This document shows positions 12,790 through 27,499 of a DNA stretch of 64,000 nt, piece after piece. The notes beneath the pieces were generated by a model, which was given only the letters and a program-made list of their open reading frames with translations, was not told the origin of the DNA and made no database searches. The position numbers and the translations under genes are program-made. Origin of the DNA: Lama glama (lineage: Eukaryota); NCBI GenBank assembly GCA_028534125.1, contig CM052817.1, positions 23,128,001-23,192,000 of the forward strand. The letters are read 5' to 3'. The stretch's first letter is position 1, and the number at the start of each line of letters is the position of its first letter.

Positions 12790-13340
12790 TTGCTCCTTTG
12801 TTAAAAGGAAGTATCCAGAGAACAGGAAAAATGAACAAATCCCCCCCAAAGCATATTTATTCCCAAATAGGAGAATACAGAATGTCTTTGAACCAGCCAG
12901 ACTGAATGGCGCTGCTTCCCTCCTGAGAAGCCATGCCTGTCCTTTCATCTCCAGTGGATACCTGTAACACTGGGTTACCCCTCTTGGACCTCTGTCAACC
13001 TGCTGATAGACTTTTGACCCTTGGTTCACTCTGAACATCTCCAACTCTGATGTTCATCGAGAACAGGTATCTGGCTTCCCATCATCTTTGTGGACTCTCC
13101 TCTGACCTGCTTTCCATGTATGTCAGTGCTCTGACATTACTTATCACACTAAAGAGTGTGTCGCTTCCTTTATCTTAGACCCTGGCTGGCATGACCTTTG
13201 TACTTGTACTGACAGATCACAAAGGTCAGAGTGTATCATCTATCAACTCAACACCTGATTTTAAAAGAATAATATCCATATCTTTGCAGTAATGTAAGCA
13301 GTGGAAAAATGCTGAACTGAGCTTGTGATACTGTTACAGT
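12790..13340 (-). mobile_element. MaLR (MLT1-like) LTR
   Basis: 'ctggcttcccatcatctttgtggactctcctctgacc' and 'gaccctggctggcatgacctttgtacttg' are MLT1-like. Boundaries and orientation approximate. Confidence 0.4.
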
Positions 13341-14837
13341 AAGAAGGTCTAGGAATATTTAATAACATTAGAATAACAAGTAATGAGGGAGAAAGGAAGA
13401 CAGTGATTTTGTGCACACAGGAGAAACTGTAGAATTGATCACCTTTTTCTTCCTGCTAATTATTTTCTTACGTTAGCAAGTCTCCTTTTGGGCCATCCTA
13501 TTCTGATCCGTGTTCCTGTACTCTCCATCTGCATCATGTGATGGTACTTCCAAATAGAAAATGCTTAGTTTAATTCACTCTCTTTCATTAAAGCACTGTA
13601 CTGACCACCAGCTAAGGCCCCCAATTGGGCTTTTTTTTTTTCCAACTTAAAGCTGAAAAATGTCCGCAGTTCCTATAAACATAATCTGGAAATTCTACTT
13701 TTATCTAAGTTGTAGATTTTATATTCAGGTTTGAACTCTTGTTACCAACCATCTTAGAAAAGGTTCACTACCTAAATATTTCATTATCTTGATTAAGATT
13801 TTTAAAGAAATATATAGAGTTTCACAGATGCATTTTGTTTGACTCATCATGCGTTTGGATTTGTGGTTCTTATTATGACTGCTTTGAATTGTTACCCTAC
13901 TTTTTTATCAGAATACTGCATGCTAAATACTGTTTTGTCTTGAAAATAGGTCCAAACGTCATCTATCGTAGAACTTGCATTCCTTCTCAGAAACATAAGG
14001 TAAAGCAAGAATGACCATCCACTTTGGATTCTTGTGTTCTGTAGAGTGCCCAGCAAAGTGTATTTTTCATCCACTCATCAGAAATCTCATTTACATTAGC
14101 TCCTTGGTTCCTACGTTTCTTGACAAGCAAAACATGTTAAATGAAGAGCTCCCGGGGTAAAGATGGTCTTCTGACATATGTTTAACAAAATGACAAAATA
14201 TACACTGGCATTTGGAATACTTGATAATATTTAATCTGTGTTTTACATGGTCTTCTGTAAATGGGTTGTTAATCAAATTTATCTCAAAATGTCAGCATTT
14301 TTTCATATTCAATGTTCTGTTAACTGTACTCTCAATAATTTAATAAGTTTATTTTATATAAAAGAAACCTCACAAAAGTCATGCAGTTATCACTCTCAAA
14401 ATTTTATTGTTTTACTGACATCTTATGTGCATTTTTTAATAAAATATAAATGCTTTGATATTGCTGATATTTGAGGGTAAAATTAAGAATGATAGTAAGC
14501 TATATTGATTTTGATTTTTTTTAAGTTTTTAAGAGCAAATAAAAATAAGTCATATATAATCTCATGAAACAAAATTGGTGGAATACATAAATTGACTCAT
14601 TACTTTCCTTTAGTCCTTAGAATCTGAACTCACAAATATTTCATGAACTGATTCATAAAAATTTAGTCTTGGAATGTACTTTACAGCTCCTCCCATCTAA
14701 TACTTCCTCTTTCAGATGAAGACAAATTCAGAAAAATTAACTTGTCTAAGGTCACAGAGTTGAATCAGTCAGATTTCCTGATTCCAGTTCATAAAGAAAC
14801 ACTACTGTTTGTCTTTAGAGGTAAATGGATTAATATT

Positions 14838-16145
14838 TCTTTTTTATTTTTTAATTGACATATAGTTGATGTATAATATTATATGTTTGAGGTACACATA
14901 GTGATTCACAATTTTAAAAGTTATATTTCATTTATAATGATTATAAAAATTGGCTACATTATTTATGTTGTACACTACATCCTCATAGCTTATTTATTTT
15001 ACATATAGTAGTTTGTATCCCTTAATCCCCTACCCCTATCTTGCCACTCTCCTCTTCCCTCTTCCCACTGGTAACCACTAGTTTTGTTCTGTGTATTTGT
15101 GAGTTTGTTTCTTTTTTGTTATATTCACTTGTTTTTTGTATTTTTTAGATTATACATATAAGTGATATTGTACAGTATTTGTCTTTTTCTGTCTGACTTA
15201 TTTCACTTAGCATAATGCCATCCAAGTCCCCATGTTGTTGCAAATGGCAAAAGTTCATTCCTTTTATGGCTAAGTAGTATTTCATTTTATATATATATAT
15301 ATATATCACATATTCTTTATCCATTCATCTGTTGATGGACACTTGGGTTGCTTCCATATCTTGGCAGTTATAAAAATGCTGTTGTGAACATTGGGGTGCA
15401 TGTATCTTTTCAAATAAGTGTTTTGGGGTTTTTTTGGATATATACTCAGGAGTGGAACTGCTGGGTCATAATGGTAGTTCTAGTTTTAGTCCTTTTGAGA
15501 GACCCCCATACTATTTTCCACAATGGCTGTACCAATTTACATTCCCACCAACAGTGTAGGAAGGTTTCCTTTTCTCTACATCCTCACCAACATTTATTAT
15601 TTGTGTTCTTTTTGATGATAGCCATTCTGACGGATGCGTGGTAATATCTCATTGTGGTTTTAAGTCGCATTTCTCTGATGATTAGTGTTGTTGAGCATCT
15701 TTTTATATGCCTGTTGGCCTTCTGAATGTTTTCTTTGGAAGAAATATCTATTCAGGTCTTTTGCCCCTTTTTAATTGGCTTGTTTGTTATTTTGCTGTTG
15801 AGTTTTATGAGCTGTTTATGTATTTTGAGTATTAACCCATTATCAGTCATATCATTTGCAAATATTTTCTTCCATTCAATAGGCTGCCTTTCGTTTTGCT
15901 GTGCAAAGCTTTTAACTTTAATCAGGTCCCATTTGTCTAATTTTGTTTTTATTTTCTTTGTTTAGGAGACAGATCCCAGAAAAATACTGCTACAATTTAT
16001 GTCAAAAGTGTTCCGCCAGTGTTTTCTTTTAGGAGTTTAATGATTTCTCGTCTTACATTTAGATCTTTAATCCAGTTTGAATTTATTTTTGAATATGGTG
16101 TTAGAGAATGTTCTAATTTCATTATTTTACATGTAGCTGTCCAGT
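14838..16145 (-). mobile_element. 5'-truncated L1 (3'UTR + ORF2 C-terminus)
   Basis: T-rich tail at 14838-14852, 'ccattcatctgttgatggacacttgggttgcttccat' and 'accaatttacattcccaccaacagtgtagg'. ORFs 15348 and 15726 are antisense L1. Confidence 0.95.
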
Positions 16146-17299
16146 AAGTAAATTAGTATTTTTTAATTGATTTTAAATAAAGCAATTCATGTGTAAATAG
16201 ACTAAAAGCCGTAAAACTTTTATTTATTTACAGCTTTTGATCAGATTTTATACTTCCAAAAATTTTAATAAATAAATTTGGAGAAGCAATCAAAATATCT
16301 TGATATTGAAGATAACTTCACTTCTTATTAAATTGTCTATAAGTGATGCAATATTAACTATGAATCAACAGAGATCTTTATAATAGATTATTGGCTAGTA
16401 AGAGCCAAATAATATTATTTGTTGAGTTGATTTTTAGTTTTAAGTTTCTAATGTTTCTATTAAAAAAGAGTTTTAAGTAAGCACATGTTCCTCAGAGGCT
16501 TTGCTGTGTATAAATAACAGTGTTTTTACTCGCAGATGGAGTGTGTAGAACACACCCATGTGGGTGTATATGTACTGTGAGTAGTCAAAGACATGGAATT
16601 ATTTATTTTACAGGTCTCATAATTCCAATTATTTATCATGATTGGAACTTGTTAAATAAATGTAGGTCATCATAATTTTAATGTGTATCTTGATTGTTTT
16701 GTCTTTGTTTTATTTTTGCTAGGTAAGTGTACCCTCCCTGTCACTAGCATTACAGATTTGCTTAAAACTGAAAAGGAAATTATTTACAAACAACACATAT
16801 GAAATAATAGTATTATTTTGCCTCTAGTTTTCTCTACACTACTTAAGAGTCACTACGCCTTAGTCAGTGGATTTCCTGTGAAGTGAGCAGAGTGACTTGG
16901 ATACGGTACATACATAATAAATATCCACTGAATTGCTTGGAGAGCCACAGGGACATTGGGTACACTTCAGAAATAATGAATTAGCCATCCTACTTGATAG
17001 TCTGAGGTATAAAAAAGAAGTTGTACTCCTTCATCAAGGCTATAAATTTAATTGTGTAATTCAGAAGTTTATTTCTATAACCTCTTTATTGTTCTAAATT
17101 ATGCTGAAGTAAATAGCCCAACTTCTTTGGTTTAACAAAAATAACAGTATTACAAGTATTAAAACTTATGGAGGAAATATTTCTGGAATACACTCATGCC
17201 TTATTCATTGATTAATGATCATTATATCTGATGATTTGTGGTGAAGATTTTATACATTAAAACATGTGTAAATAAGAGTAAATCATTCAACACTGGTTT

Positions 17300-17910
17300 A
17301 ATTTTTCTTTCATAAACTTTTTGGAAGTAAAAGTATAATACAGAAAAATTCATAATCGTAAGTATGCATACTCATTACACACACATACACACACACACAC
17401 CCTTTTGCCTTTTCCCAGCCACTAACTTCTCCTCATTTGCCTCTTTCTGAACTTTATATAAATTCGATATTTTGTATCTGGCTTCTTTCTTTCAATGTGA
17501 TGCTTGTAAGATTCTTTATACAACTTAGTTTAGCTGTATTTCATTCATTTTTGTGTTGTATACTTTCCCATTGTATAAAATATACCAGAAGTTATTTTAC
17601 TTATGCTGTTGTTGGATATTTGGTTATTTCTTATTTTTTGGACATTACTAATATCTCTGCTATGAACATTTTGAACATATCTGCACATAGTTATTGGGTA
17701 TGTACCAGGAGTGGATTTTCTGGTACATATGCTATGCATAGGGCCAACGTTAGTATCCATTACCTCCAAATTCTCCAAAGCAGTGGTGTCATCTGACACT
17801 CCTAAAAAAACTGCATGAAAGTTATAATCATTCCGCATCCCTAATTAAATGCAGTATGATCAGTCTTTTAAATGTTCAACTATTTTGTTGTTTGTTAAGT
17901 GTTATGTAAG
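17300..17910 (-). mobile_element. Old L1 (L1ME/MC-like) 3' fragment
   Basis: 'tatctggcttctttctttcaatgtgatgcttgtaagattc' and 'ctgctatgaacattttgaacat'. Confidence 0.7.
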
Positions 17911-19484
17911 TCCTAATCCTTTTACCAGATTTATCTACATATTTTTGCCTTTCCTTGGGTTTAAAGGAAGCTCTGCTCATATAGATTAAGTCATCCTTGT
18001 AGTTTGGAGATCATCTTTTAGTTATTTTTAAGAATATTCTAACCATTTCCAAGAAAATGTGGAGGCTGATAGAACTAGGAGTCATATTTGCTATTTCTAA
18101 AATATTCCCCACTTAAAAAGAAAAAATAAGAATAGAGTATTCCTGTGTCCATTCTCAAAACCTAAGCACTAATTGCTCAGTAAGGGAAAAAAAAAATACT
18201 AGGGAATGGCTGTCGAAGAACTGCAGGTCAAAGTAATACAGGCAAGATCAGAGAATCCAGCTAAGGAAAGAAGAGGTTGTCAGGAAAAAACATATGCAAG
18301 TAAGCAAGGATTTATTTGAGGAAAATAAGCAAAGATAGAAAGGACTAAGAAGAGAATGCTAAGAAACCAAACGCCTGGAACCTAAGACAGAATTTTGGTA
18401 TCCAAGAGTCAGAGTAATAATGAAAACGCCATTTAAAAATTTGACCCTGAGCTAACTAGCCATGAACCTGGTTAATCTCTAAGCGTGAAGGTGCAAAGTT
18501 TGACAAGTACATTCATCTTATTCGAGGTGAGGGTGCTAGGGAAGGAGCCTGACAACAGGCGTTCTTAGCCGCTAATCAAAACACAGGAAGGAAGAGCCAT
18601 GTGGATACACACTACTATAGAAATAAGGCATGACTTAGTCATCAAAGGTAGAACTCCATTTCTTCTGCAAGTTTATAGAATCCTAATTTCCAGCCAGGCT
18701 TATTATGGTTCTCCTTCAACTTGATGAGTCAATTAGAAGGTTTAACTTTGCAGAAAGCCAAAAGCTCAGCAAAGTTCGATTTTAACTACACTGAGTTGCC
18801 CTTGAAAGTTTTCTAATAACAGAAATGGTGTCTCATTCATGGGAATTAAAGCAGCAAATGATTTTTAACACGCAATAAGAAAGTAAACAGTGGCAGGTAA
18901 GAAAAGGCTTTATTCTTCTTTCACTAACATGTCCACTGGGGTAAATTTGAAATTCTTTTATAGCAAGATCCCCGCTTCAGAAAATAGAACAAAACTGAAT
19001 GTTTATGTTTTAGAAGATTTCAGCAGCATCTCCCAAGTTAGTTCTTTAAAGCCCAGTTTGGAAACTGAAGGAGAATTTTAAAGTTTCGAAGGTTTAAGTC
19101 TATATATATTTTTAAAATTCTTTGAATATTACCTCTGTGTAAGGAATATGATGGCACCTGAGTATTTTCATTATCTAAAAATTAAAAAAAAAACCTAATT
19201 TCTAAGAAAATCATGCCATTCATGGCATATAGTCACATTTATAAACCAGTTTACAAAATTAAATGACAATTATATAGATTAAAAATAAAAATTTTTTAAA
19301 TTATCTGGAAATTTTGCAGTTTTTTATTTCAGGTATTAAAAACATATATGCATTTATTTACACTCATACACATGCACACATGGTATGTAAATACATATAT
19401 ATATATTTCACACATATATTTTCAAAAATGATAAAATCCTCAATTAACTTAGATATTAAAAAGTAATGTTTTATATTTCCCCTG

Positions 19485-19925
19485 TGTATAGGTGGGATAA
19501 TTTAAGCTGAGTGACAGAAGCCCAAGATAGATGTTTACTTCTCTTCAGTGTAAAAGTCTGGGTCAGTGGTCCATAGCTGGTGTTTGCTCTACAATGTTAG
19601 GGACTACATTCTTTTGATGTCATTTTTTCTTTGTGTGCAGCGTCCATCCCCAAGTAGTTCAAAATGGCCTTTCCAGCTCCAATTACTAAAAGTTCTATTG
19701 ATGTTGACAAGAAGACAAAACAGAGAGAAGAAAGGCCCTTTCTTGCTAAGACATTTCTGAGAGTTTGCACTCAGTTTCTGCTGATACTCTTCTTGTCACA
19801 ATTTAAACTTAAGCTCATGTTCTGAAAAAGAGGCTGAAAATACATTCTTGATTCTGAGTGGTCAGAGGTATAGGTGAGCACGCTACTGTTGTGAGAGTGG
19901 GTCATTGAGGAACATTTTGCAGGCT
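19485..19925 (-). mobile_element. Old MaLR (MLT1J/K-like) LTR
   Basis: 'aagctgagtgacagaa...gatagatgtttacttctct...aagaggctgaaaatacattctt'. Confidence 0.55.
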
Positions 19926-20399
19926 GAGCTACAGCCTGCATTGGTGATGTCAGCAAGTGTATCTACATATATTTTAGTGTGATACTATACCAGAAGCATG
20001 TGAAAAATATATACAGTATGTATCACCCAAAGTAGAAAATAAACATTGTTCTGTTGTTGAAGTTATTGAATTAGAAGACCGATACTTTAATTGATTATAT
20101 TAGAAATGTATGTATGCACTTGGGGCAAAAGTAATACTAAGAATTGTTTTTTAAGGCAACATTAATCCTTGAAAGCCAACCTTAAAAGGATAAAAAACAA
20201 AACAAAGCAAGACAAAACTAGTGACATTTAAATGACAGTCTGGTGGCTAACATTGTTTCAATGTCACTTTCAATGTTGACATCGGCTTCAGATGAAGATA
20301 CAACTTTTAAGAGTCATTTGGGTATTATAATGAGAAAAAGACAAGGAAAGCTCTATAAAAAGCCTCTAAACTAAGAATTAAGAATAGAAGGAGAGACGA

Positions 20400-21200
20400 G
20401 ACTCTTACTGTTTTACAACATAAAAATTTACAACATCAAAGCCAAATATATTTGTTCACAAAATTTTGATCCAGAACTTACACTTTTATGAATGTAAGCA
20501 CAAAGGTAGACCCACCACAGTGCCCCTTATAACACTGTTTATAATATCAAAACATTTTTAGTTAAGTTAAATGATGTATAGCAGTCAACTGGTTGAATAA
20601 ATTATAGTTCAAATGAAAATAATACATTAATCATAAAAATAAAGTTGTTAATGTAGATCCGTTGGTATAGAAATATATTTAGACAATGATACTATGTGAA
20701 TTGAAAGAGTATAAAGCATTATATGTAATCTGAATCAAATTTGGTAATACATGTGTGTAATATAATATGGATTCACATGTATTGACATGTCTAGAAAAAA
20801 TAGAACAAATATCAACAGCACTGTCTCTATGTAGATTTTGATAACCAAGATTTTGTATTTTTTCAGGCTATGAGACTGACATTCTGCCTGCTGTGTTAAA
20901 AAGATGCCAAGATTTTTCTATTTTTTTCAACACTTAGTATGTATTATCTGAAAATTATTACAAAAAGCACGAGATATAAAGGAGTCAGTAGGATAATTTT
21001 AATGAAGTAGGAAATATTTAAGACATCCACTTAATTGAAAGGCAGATTATATACCAACATGCATGTATGAATCCTCTTTAGTAAAAATAATGTAATGTGT
21101 GTTATGATGAATCTATAGTATGTACAACAAATATTACCTATGGTCAGTTTTGAGATTAAGACCCATAGATGATTTTTCTAATGAAAATAATGCTATATAT
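20400..21200 (+). mobile_element. Old L1ME-like 3' fragments
   Basis: 'aattttgatccagaacttacactttt' and 'ctggttgaataaattatagt'. Confidence 0.5.
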
Positions 21201-22069
21201 TTTAAAACCCAGCTATATTATTAAGCATCACTTTATGATTGTTAAGATGTATGAGTTCTACAGTTTCTGCTAGAATTAAAAAAAAAAAAAAGGTCCATTG
21301 CATGTTCCTTCTTATTCTTACCATCTTCCCATACTTGACCACGAGGGCCTAAGAGAAGGCTGCTTCTGCCCGCACAATTACCTAACTGCTGACAGGGAAG
21401 TCCTAGGTAATTGACCTAACCCTGAAAAGCAGGTCTGGAGGCAGGAACCAGCATGGCGCTCCCTGCGCTCTGGAGCCTGTGCGGGCTATCGGTCCCTCCA
21501 GAGAGCAGTGCTGGTCCCCTCCTTCCCTGCCCCGCACACGGTTGTGAGAGGTGTCAAAACCCTCTCTTTACAATGTTACAGTTTGGCCAGGAGCCGAGGC
21601 ATAAATTCGAGTAGCCACTAGAAATGGTTTCTGGCTGCTGAGCTTGTTAATGATCAAACTATTTACATTTGGAAATTTTATTTCGAAATGAAACTGCATT
21701 AGTATTTGCTGAAAGCTAGTCTTAGAACCCTTAGGGAAAAATGAAAGGGAAATCTTTTGGTTCACCTGATCAAATTATGGGAAATACTTAGGTACAGTTC
21801 ATTTCAGGGACCTGTGGATTCAGGATCTCAAATGACCTATCTCTGTTTCTCTGTCAATCTATCAGTTGCTCTCTTTCTCCCCTTTTTTCCCACCCTACGT
21901 CCCCTTATTTCTGGTTGGTGCTAATTAATTCTCTCCAACTGTTAGTAAAATTTCACCACGTCCGTAGGATCCTTTCAGAACCTTTCTCTCAGCTTTGATA
22001 CGTACCGTATAAAATTTCTGGGGAGTATGCAATCTACACATCCACAGCCTCACACGCCCCACACATGAA

Positions 22070-22590
22070 TTTTATCCTCCAGACACTTCCTGACTATGTC
22101 AGCCTCTGTGCACTTCTACCATTCCCACTTGGGCCAGCTGTTGTCATCCCTTGCCTGGTTTCCTGCAATAGTTTCTAAATGTTCAGCCTGCCTCATCCCC
22201 AACCCCCCCATGCCATCAATGCAGGTCGCTAAATAATTCCAGATTTGTACTCACTCCCCAGAATCCCCCCCTGCACACGTAATCATTCTTCAGAGTGAAG
22301 TTGGAGACGTATTTCAAATTACAAAGTCTAATCACACCCTATTCACATTCACATTCCTATTAAAATGCATCCATGGCCTTCCAGAATCCTGACCTTGGCC
22401 TGCACTGCCCTTTGGTATATGGCCACTGCTTCCCACTCCCATTTCTTCTTTTGGACTGCTTTCCTTATCTTTCCAGTGACCTTTTTCCTCAGTAGACACT
22501 GTCTCTACAAATGGATCTTCTCCCTCTGCATGCACTTTTCTTTCCTCTTCTCTTTGGCAAATTAATTCTGATTAAGTTGTTTAGATCTTA
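22070..22590 (+). mobile_element. L2 fragment
   Basis: 'tgtcatcccttgcctggtttcctgcaatagtttctaa' and 'catccatggccttccagaatcctgacc'. Confidence 0.6.
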
Positions 22591-22596
22591 GATAAA

Positions 22597-23098
22597 TATA
22601 TTAGTTTCCTATTGCCACTTAACATTACCACAAACTCAGTGGCTAAAAACGACATAAATGCATTCATTACCTTACAATTCTGGAGGGCAGAAATCTGTAT
22701 CAGTCTCAACGGGTTGATATCAAGACATTTCGGGGTTGGTTCCTGCTGGAGGCTCTAGGAAGGATCTGTTTTGTTGGCTTTTCCAGGTTCTAGAGGTTGC
22801 CTGGATTCCTGGGTTCATGGCACTTTCTCCATCTTCAAAGCCCACAGAGTAATATCCTCAAATATCTCTAACTGAACCTTCTCTTCTGTCATGTCATCGT
22901 CTCCCATGAATTTGATTCTTCTGCCACTTTTTATGATGACTCTTGCAGTTATGTTAGGCATACCCTGATGATCCAGGATAATCTGCCCATTTCAAAATTC
23001 TTAATCCAGTAATGTCTGCAAAGCCCTTTTTGCCACATTGACGCTGCTGGAGATTAGGAAATGGTCACCTTTGGGGGAGCATTATTCTGTCTACTTCA
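22597..23098 (-). mobile_element. MaLR MLT1C/D-like solo LTR
   Basis: 'tattagtttcctattgcc...accacaaactcagtggct...ctggaggctctagg...tttgggggagcattattctgtctac'. 5-bp TSD ATAAA/ATAAC (4/5). Confidence 0.85.
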
Positions 23099-23799
23099 AT
23101 AACATCATTTCTTTCTGTGGAAAGTATCTCAGACCTCATTTATTTGATGAAAACTCCCTAATATGTATTATCAATCTTCATTTACTTGTATCCTTCCTAA
23201 ATGTAGACTCTTGGTGAACAAATTAATTTGTCCAGTTAGTGTCACCTAATATTTGATCTTATTGCCACAGCCACAGACAGGCAGCACTATTGGCTCATCT
23301 TAAGTCATATGCCCACCTATAGAGTCAGGTGCATCAAATCTGTTACCAGAAGGGTGAGGAGGAGGTTGGCATTCACAGACATAAGCTACTATATTGTCAT
23401 TTTGTATTCTGTCTTCTAATTTGCTATCATTAATACAACTCTCTAGATTCAAAGAAGGCCAACAGTACTGAAAAGGGGAAACTGAAGGTTGACTTACCAA
23501 TAAGTATGGACTAGAAATTTCAAGAGTTATTCCAGCTTTAGGAAAATTCTTAGAAGCTCTTCCAGGACGGGTTCTGGAAGGGAATACATATAGGAATACT
23601 AGCTGGTAGTTCTTAGAGACAGTTTGGTCAAATATTCAAAACTATCCCGTCTATGGGGACTGAACTTGGAAGTCTCAATGTTGGGTACAGCCAGGTAGAA
23701 TATGGAATTACAAGCAGAATGACAGCTATGTCCTTTATTCTTAGGATAGTAGGGTACATTTTAAATTGGAGCTTTAGTGTCACAGTGATTCTTGATAAA

Positions 23800-25208
23800 A
23801 CCAATCCTTGTTGCTTATCTATTTTATATATAGTAGTGTGTATATGTTAATCCCTCCCCCAATCCCTTTACTCTCCTGTAACCAAAAATTTGTTTTCTTT
23901 GTCTGTAAGTCTATTTCTGTTTTGTACATAGATTTATTTGTATTATTGTTTAGATTGTACATATAAGTTATATAATATTTGTCTTTCTCTGTCTGATTTA
24001 CTTCACTCAGTATGATAATCTCTTAGTCCATCTATGTTACTGCAAATGGCAGCATTTCATTCTTTTTATGGCTGAGTAATCTACCTTTGTGTGTATATAC
24101 AACATCTTCTTAAACCAATTGTGTGTTGATGGGTACTTGGGTTGTTTCTGTATCTTGGCTACTGTAAATAGTGCTGCTATGAACATTGGAGTGCATGTAT
24201 CTTTTCACTGTAGAGTTTTCATTTTTTCAGATATATGCCCAGGACTGGGATTGCTGGATTATATGGTTAGTCTACTTTCAGTTTCTTTAAGCAACCTCCA
24301 TCCTGTTCTCCATAGTGGCTGCACCAATTTACATTTCCACCAACAGTGTAGGGAGGGTTCCTTTTTCTTCACACCTTCTCAAGCATTTATTATTTGTAGA
24401 CTTTCGGATGATAGCCCATTCTGACAAGTGTAAGGTGATACTTCATTGTGGTTTTGATTTGCATTTCTCTAATAATTAGCGATGTTGAGCAAATTTTCAT
24501 GTGCCTGTTGGCCTTCTGTATGTCTCCTTTGGATAATATTTTTTTAGGTGTTCTGCCATTTTTTGATTGGGCTGTTGTTGGTTTTTTTTTTTGTTGTTGT
24601 TATTGAATTGTATAAGCGGTTTCTGTATTTTGGATGTTAACCCCTTGTCAGTCTATTGTTTGTAAATATTTTCTCCTATTCCATGGGTTAACTTTGTGCT
24701 TTGTTGATGATTTCCTTTGCTGTGTAAAAGCTTTTAAGTTGATTAGCCCCACTTGTTTATTTTTGTTTTTATTTCTTTTGCTTTTAGAGACTGATCTAAG
24801 AAAATATTGCTATGATTTATGTCTGAGAATGCTTTGCCTATGCTCTCTTCTAGAAGTTTTTTGATGTCATGTCCTATTTTTAGGTCTTTAAACCATTTTG
24901 AGTTTATTTTTGTATACGGTATGAGGGAGTATTCTAACTTCATTGATTTACATGTAGCTGTCCAGTTTTCCCAACACCACTTGCTAAAGAAGCTATCTTT
25001 TTTCCATTTTGTATTCTTGCCTCCTTTGTTGTACTTACTTGACTAGGAGTGTGGTTTTATTTCTGACCTCTCTATTCTGTTTCTCCGATCTGTGTTTCCG
25101 TTTTTGTGCCTTTACCGTGCTGTTTTGATTACTGTAGCTTTATAGTATCATTCAAAGTCTGGAAGCATTATGCCTCCAGCTTTGTTGTTTTTCCTCAGGA
25201 TTGTTTTA
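23800..25208 (-). mobile_element. L1 fragment (ORF2 C-terminus + partial 3'UTR)
   Basis: Minus ORF 24743-24943 MKLEYSLIPYTKINSKWFKDLKI...KINKW is ORF2p. The extreme 3' end and poly(A) are absent. Confidence 0.95.
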
Positions 25209-27499
25209 TTCACACGTCCGCAAAAGTATCACTGCTTCTAGCTGTACAGTGTTGAAGAAAGCGTATTTTTCAAAATAAATGTGGTTTGCCTCATGACTCT
25301 ACCTCAAATCCTTTTAACTTAATTGTTTATGTCATTTAATTTGGATCAAGATGCAAGTAATCCCAAACAGAATTAAAGTAAATCTGTGACACCTCAAACA
25401 CAAATGACTCATTTTTGAGACTAAGGATTAACCACTCTTATTGTTAGAAGAATTGTCCCACACAAGATGTAAGTTGTATCCTGAAGGTGGTGATGATGCC
25501 ACCCCTGATTAGAGGGACAAGAAATGAGCTACAGCATTATTCATTACTTTAACTCTGGGCCAATCAGAGCTTGGGGACAGGTGAATCATTTGACCCCTAC
25601 TGCACATCCAGTAAAGGTCTCAAATTTAGATTTATCAAGTTATATATAAATGAGTTGTGTATAGGTAATGACAGACTGTTGGATTTAAATAGGATGTTTC
25701 TCATACAACTTTAAATTTATATACCATTACTAGATTTACACCTAGAGCCACAATTATTAATTTTATTTAAAAATTATCTAGTTAAGGAAAAACTGTACTG
25801 CATTTTTAGTGCATATGCATTAAACATATTTCTAAATGCATAAATTCCAAAAAATATTAGGGAAATCCTAGTTTAAAATAAATAATGATCATTTCTAAAT
25901 AGCAAAGAACATTAGGGAACACCCTCAGGCAGAACTGAGCCTGGAACTGGCCCAGAAAAAGACAGATTGAGAGAGAAAGAGGGAGACAGAGAGATTGATT
26001 ACCCTTCCACTTACAGATATAACAGCAAGATTTGCTTCCTGGAAAAGCAAAAATGGGGAGGGAAAAACAGCATAAACACCTTAACAGTGTCTTGGACAAG
26101 GGAGAATTTGAGCTTAGATTCGGATTTATGTTGTAAAGATTAAGCATGGAATCCCAGGCATAAGAGCCAAAAAGGTCAGAAAGACTTCAGACTACGATAC
26201 AGTTAAAATAATAATTTTAGAGAATTTGTGAAAAGTCAGGAGGAGTAGGTAAATTCAAGTTTTAAAAGACATGCTAAGGGGTTAACACTTCTACTCTTCA
26301 AATTCAGAATTTATCTAATAGCCACTTTTACCAAATGTTATATTGGTATTTTATAAGTTCTCAGTTAAATGATCAAAGAAGTTGGTTTATAGTTATATTT
26401 TAAAGCTGGGATTTCTAAGGTATGACTTTTATTAATTGTCTTCTCATCCTGTGTTTATTTGTGCCAAGAATTTTCTAAGTCACATGGTCTGTATCTGGAA
26501 ATGTTCTCAGTCTTCTTGTGTCTGGTTGTATAGCTTCCTATGTACAAGTTAGCAGAAGGAGGGTCTAGACAGAGAGGTTGGGGTGGAAACCACAGATGAG
26601 ATATGTATTTAAATAAGGAATCTTGTAATTTATTATTCTGAAGTTGCAATGATGTAAATTGTATGAGAATAATGCATTTTTATTGAATGTTTCATTTTAT
26701 TTTATGTCATGCTACGCCTATAAATATGTCAATGGTGATTACAGTATGGGGGTCCTTTTACACCTACATATGAAGAGATTAGACTTCTTGAAGGCATGAT
26801 ATCAATTTTTTATCATTCAGATTACTTGAATTATGTTCCAAGAATATAGGTTGAGATTTTCTGGGGTTGAAACTCAGAACTAAATTTTTTTTTAATAGTA
26901 AAAGCAGCAGTCCATTAGAATGATATCATAATGCTAGACATAAATTGTCACTGTTAAGCAATGGTTGAGCTTCTCAAAGTCACACTATTATAATTCAAAA
27001 CGTAAGTTTAAAAATCAAAATTCCAAATTGAAATTCAAACAGTTTCCATCCATGAGAGCATCATTTATATAAAGCACTATTTTGAAAGAAATTTTGGGAA
27101 AAAATTTTAGTGTGTTAAAAATAAAACAAGAGCAACCACCAAAAAAAAAAAAAAATCTAAAATTGGTGTATGGCCCAATCAGATAAGTAATGGTTAAGTA
27201 AAACTTGAACAAATCTGTCAAAATGATTTTTTGATACTAATCATCTATTTTAAATGAGAAGCTGTTGGCCAAATTACTTCTATAAAAATCAAAGTAATAT
27301 TATACAGTAAGATTAAAAAGGTGAAACGTATGTGGTAAAGAGAAACAGAGACTAAGATGTTCCAAAATCTAAAAACAAACAAAAAAAGTTCCAGTATCTG
27401 ACAATGGATACATCTTATGAATCTATACAAGCAAACATGAAATACAGATTATAATCGCCTGACTCCTAGAACAATTTACTAAATTTTAATTTTTCTTTT

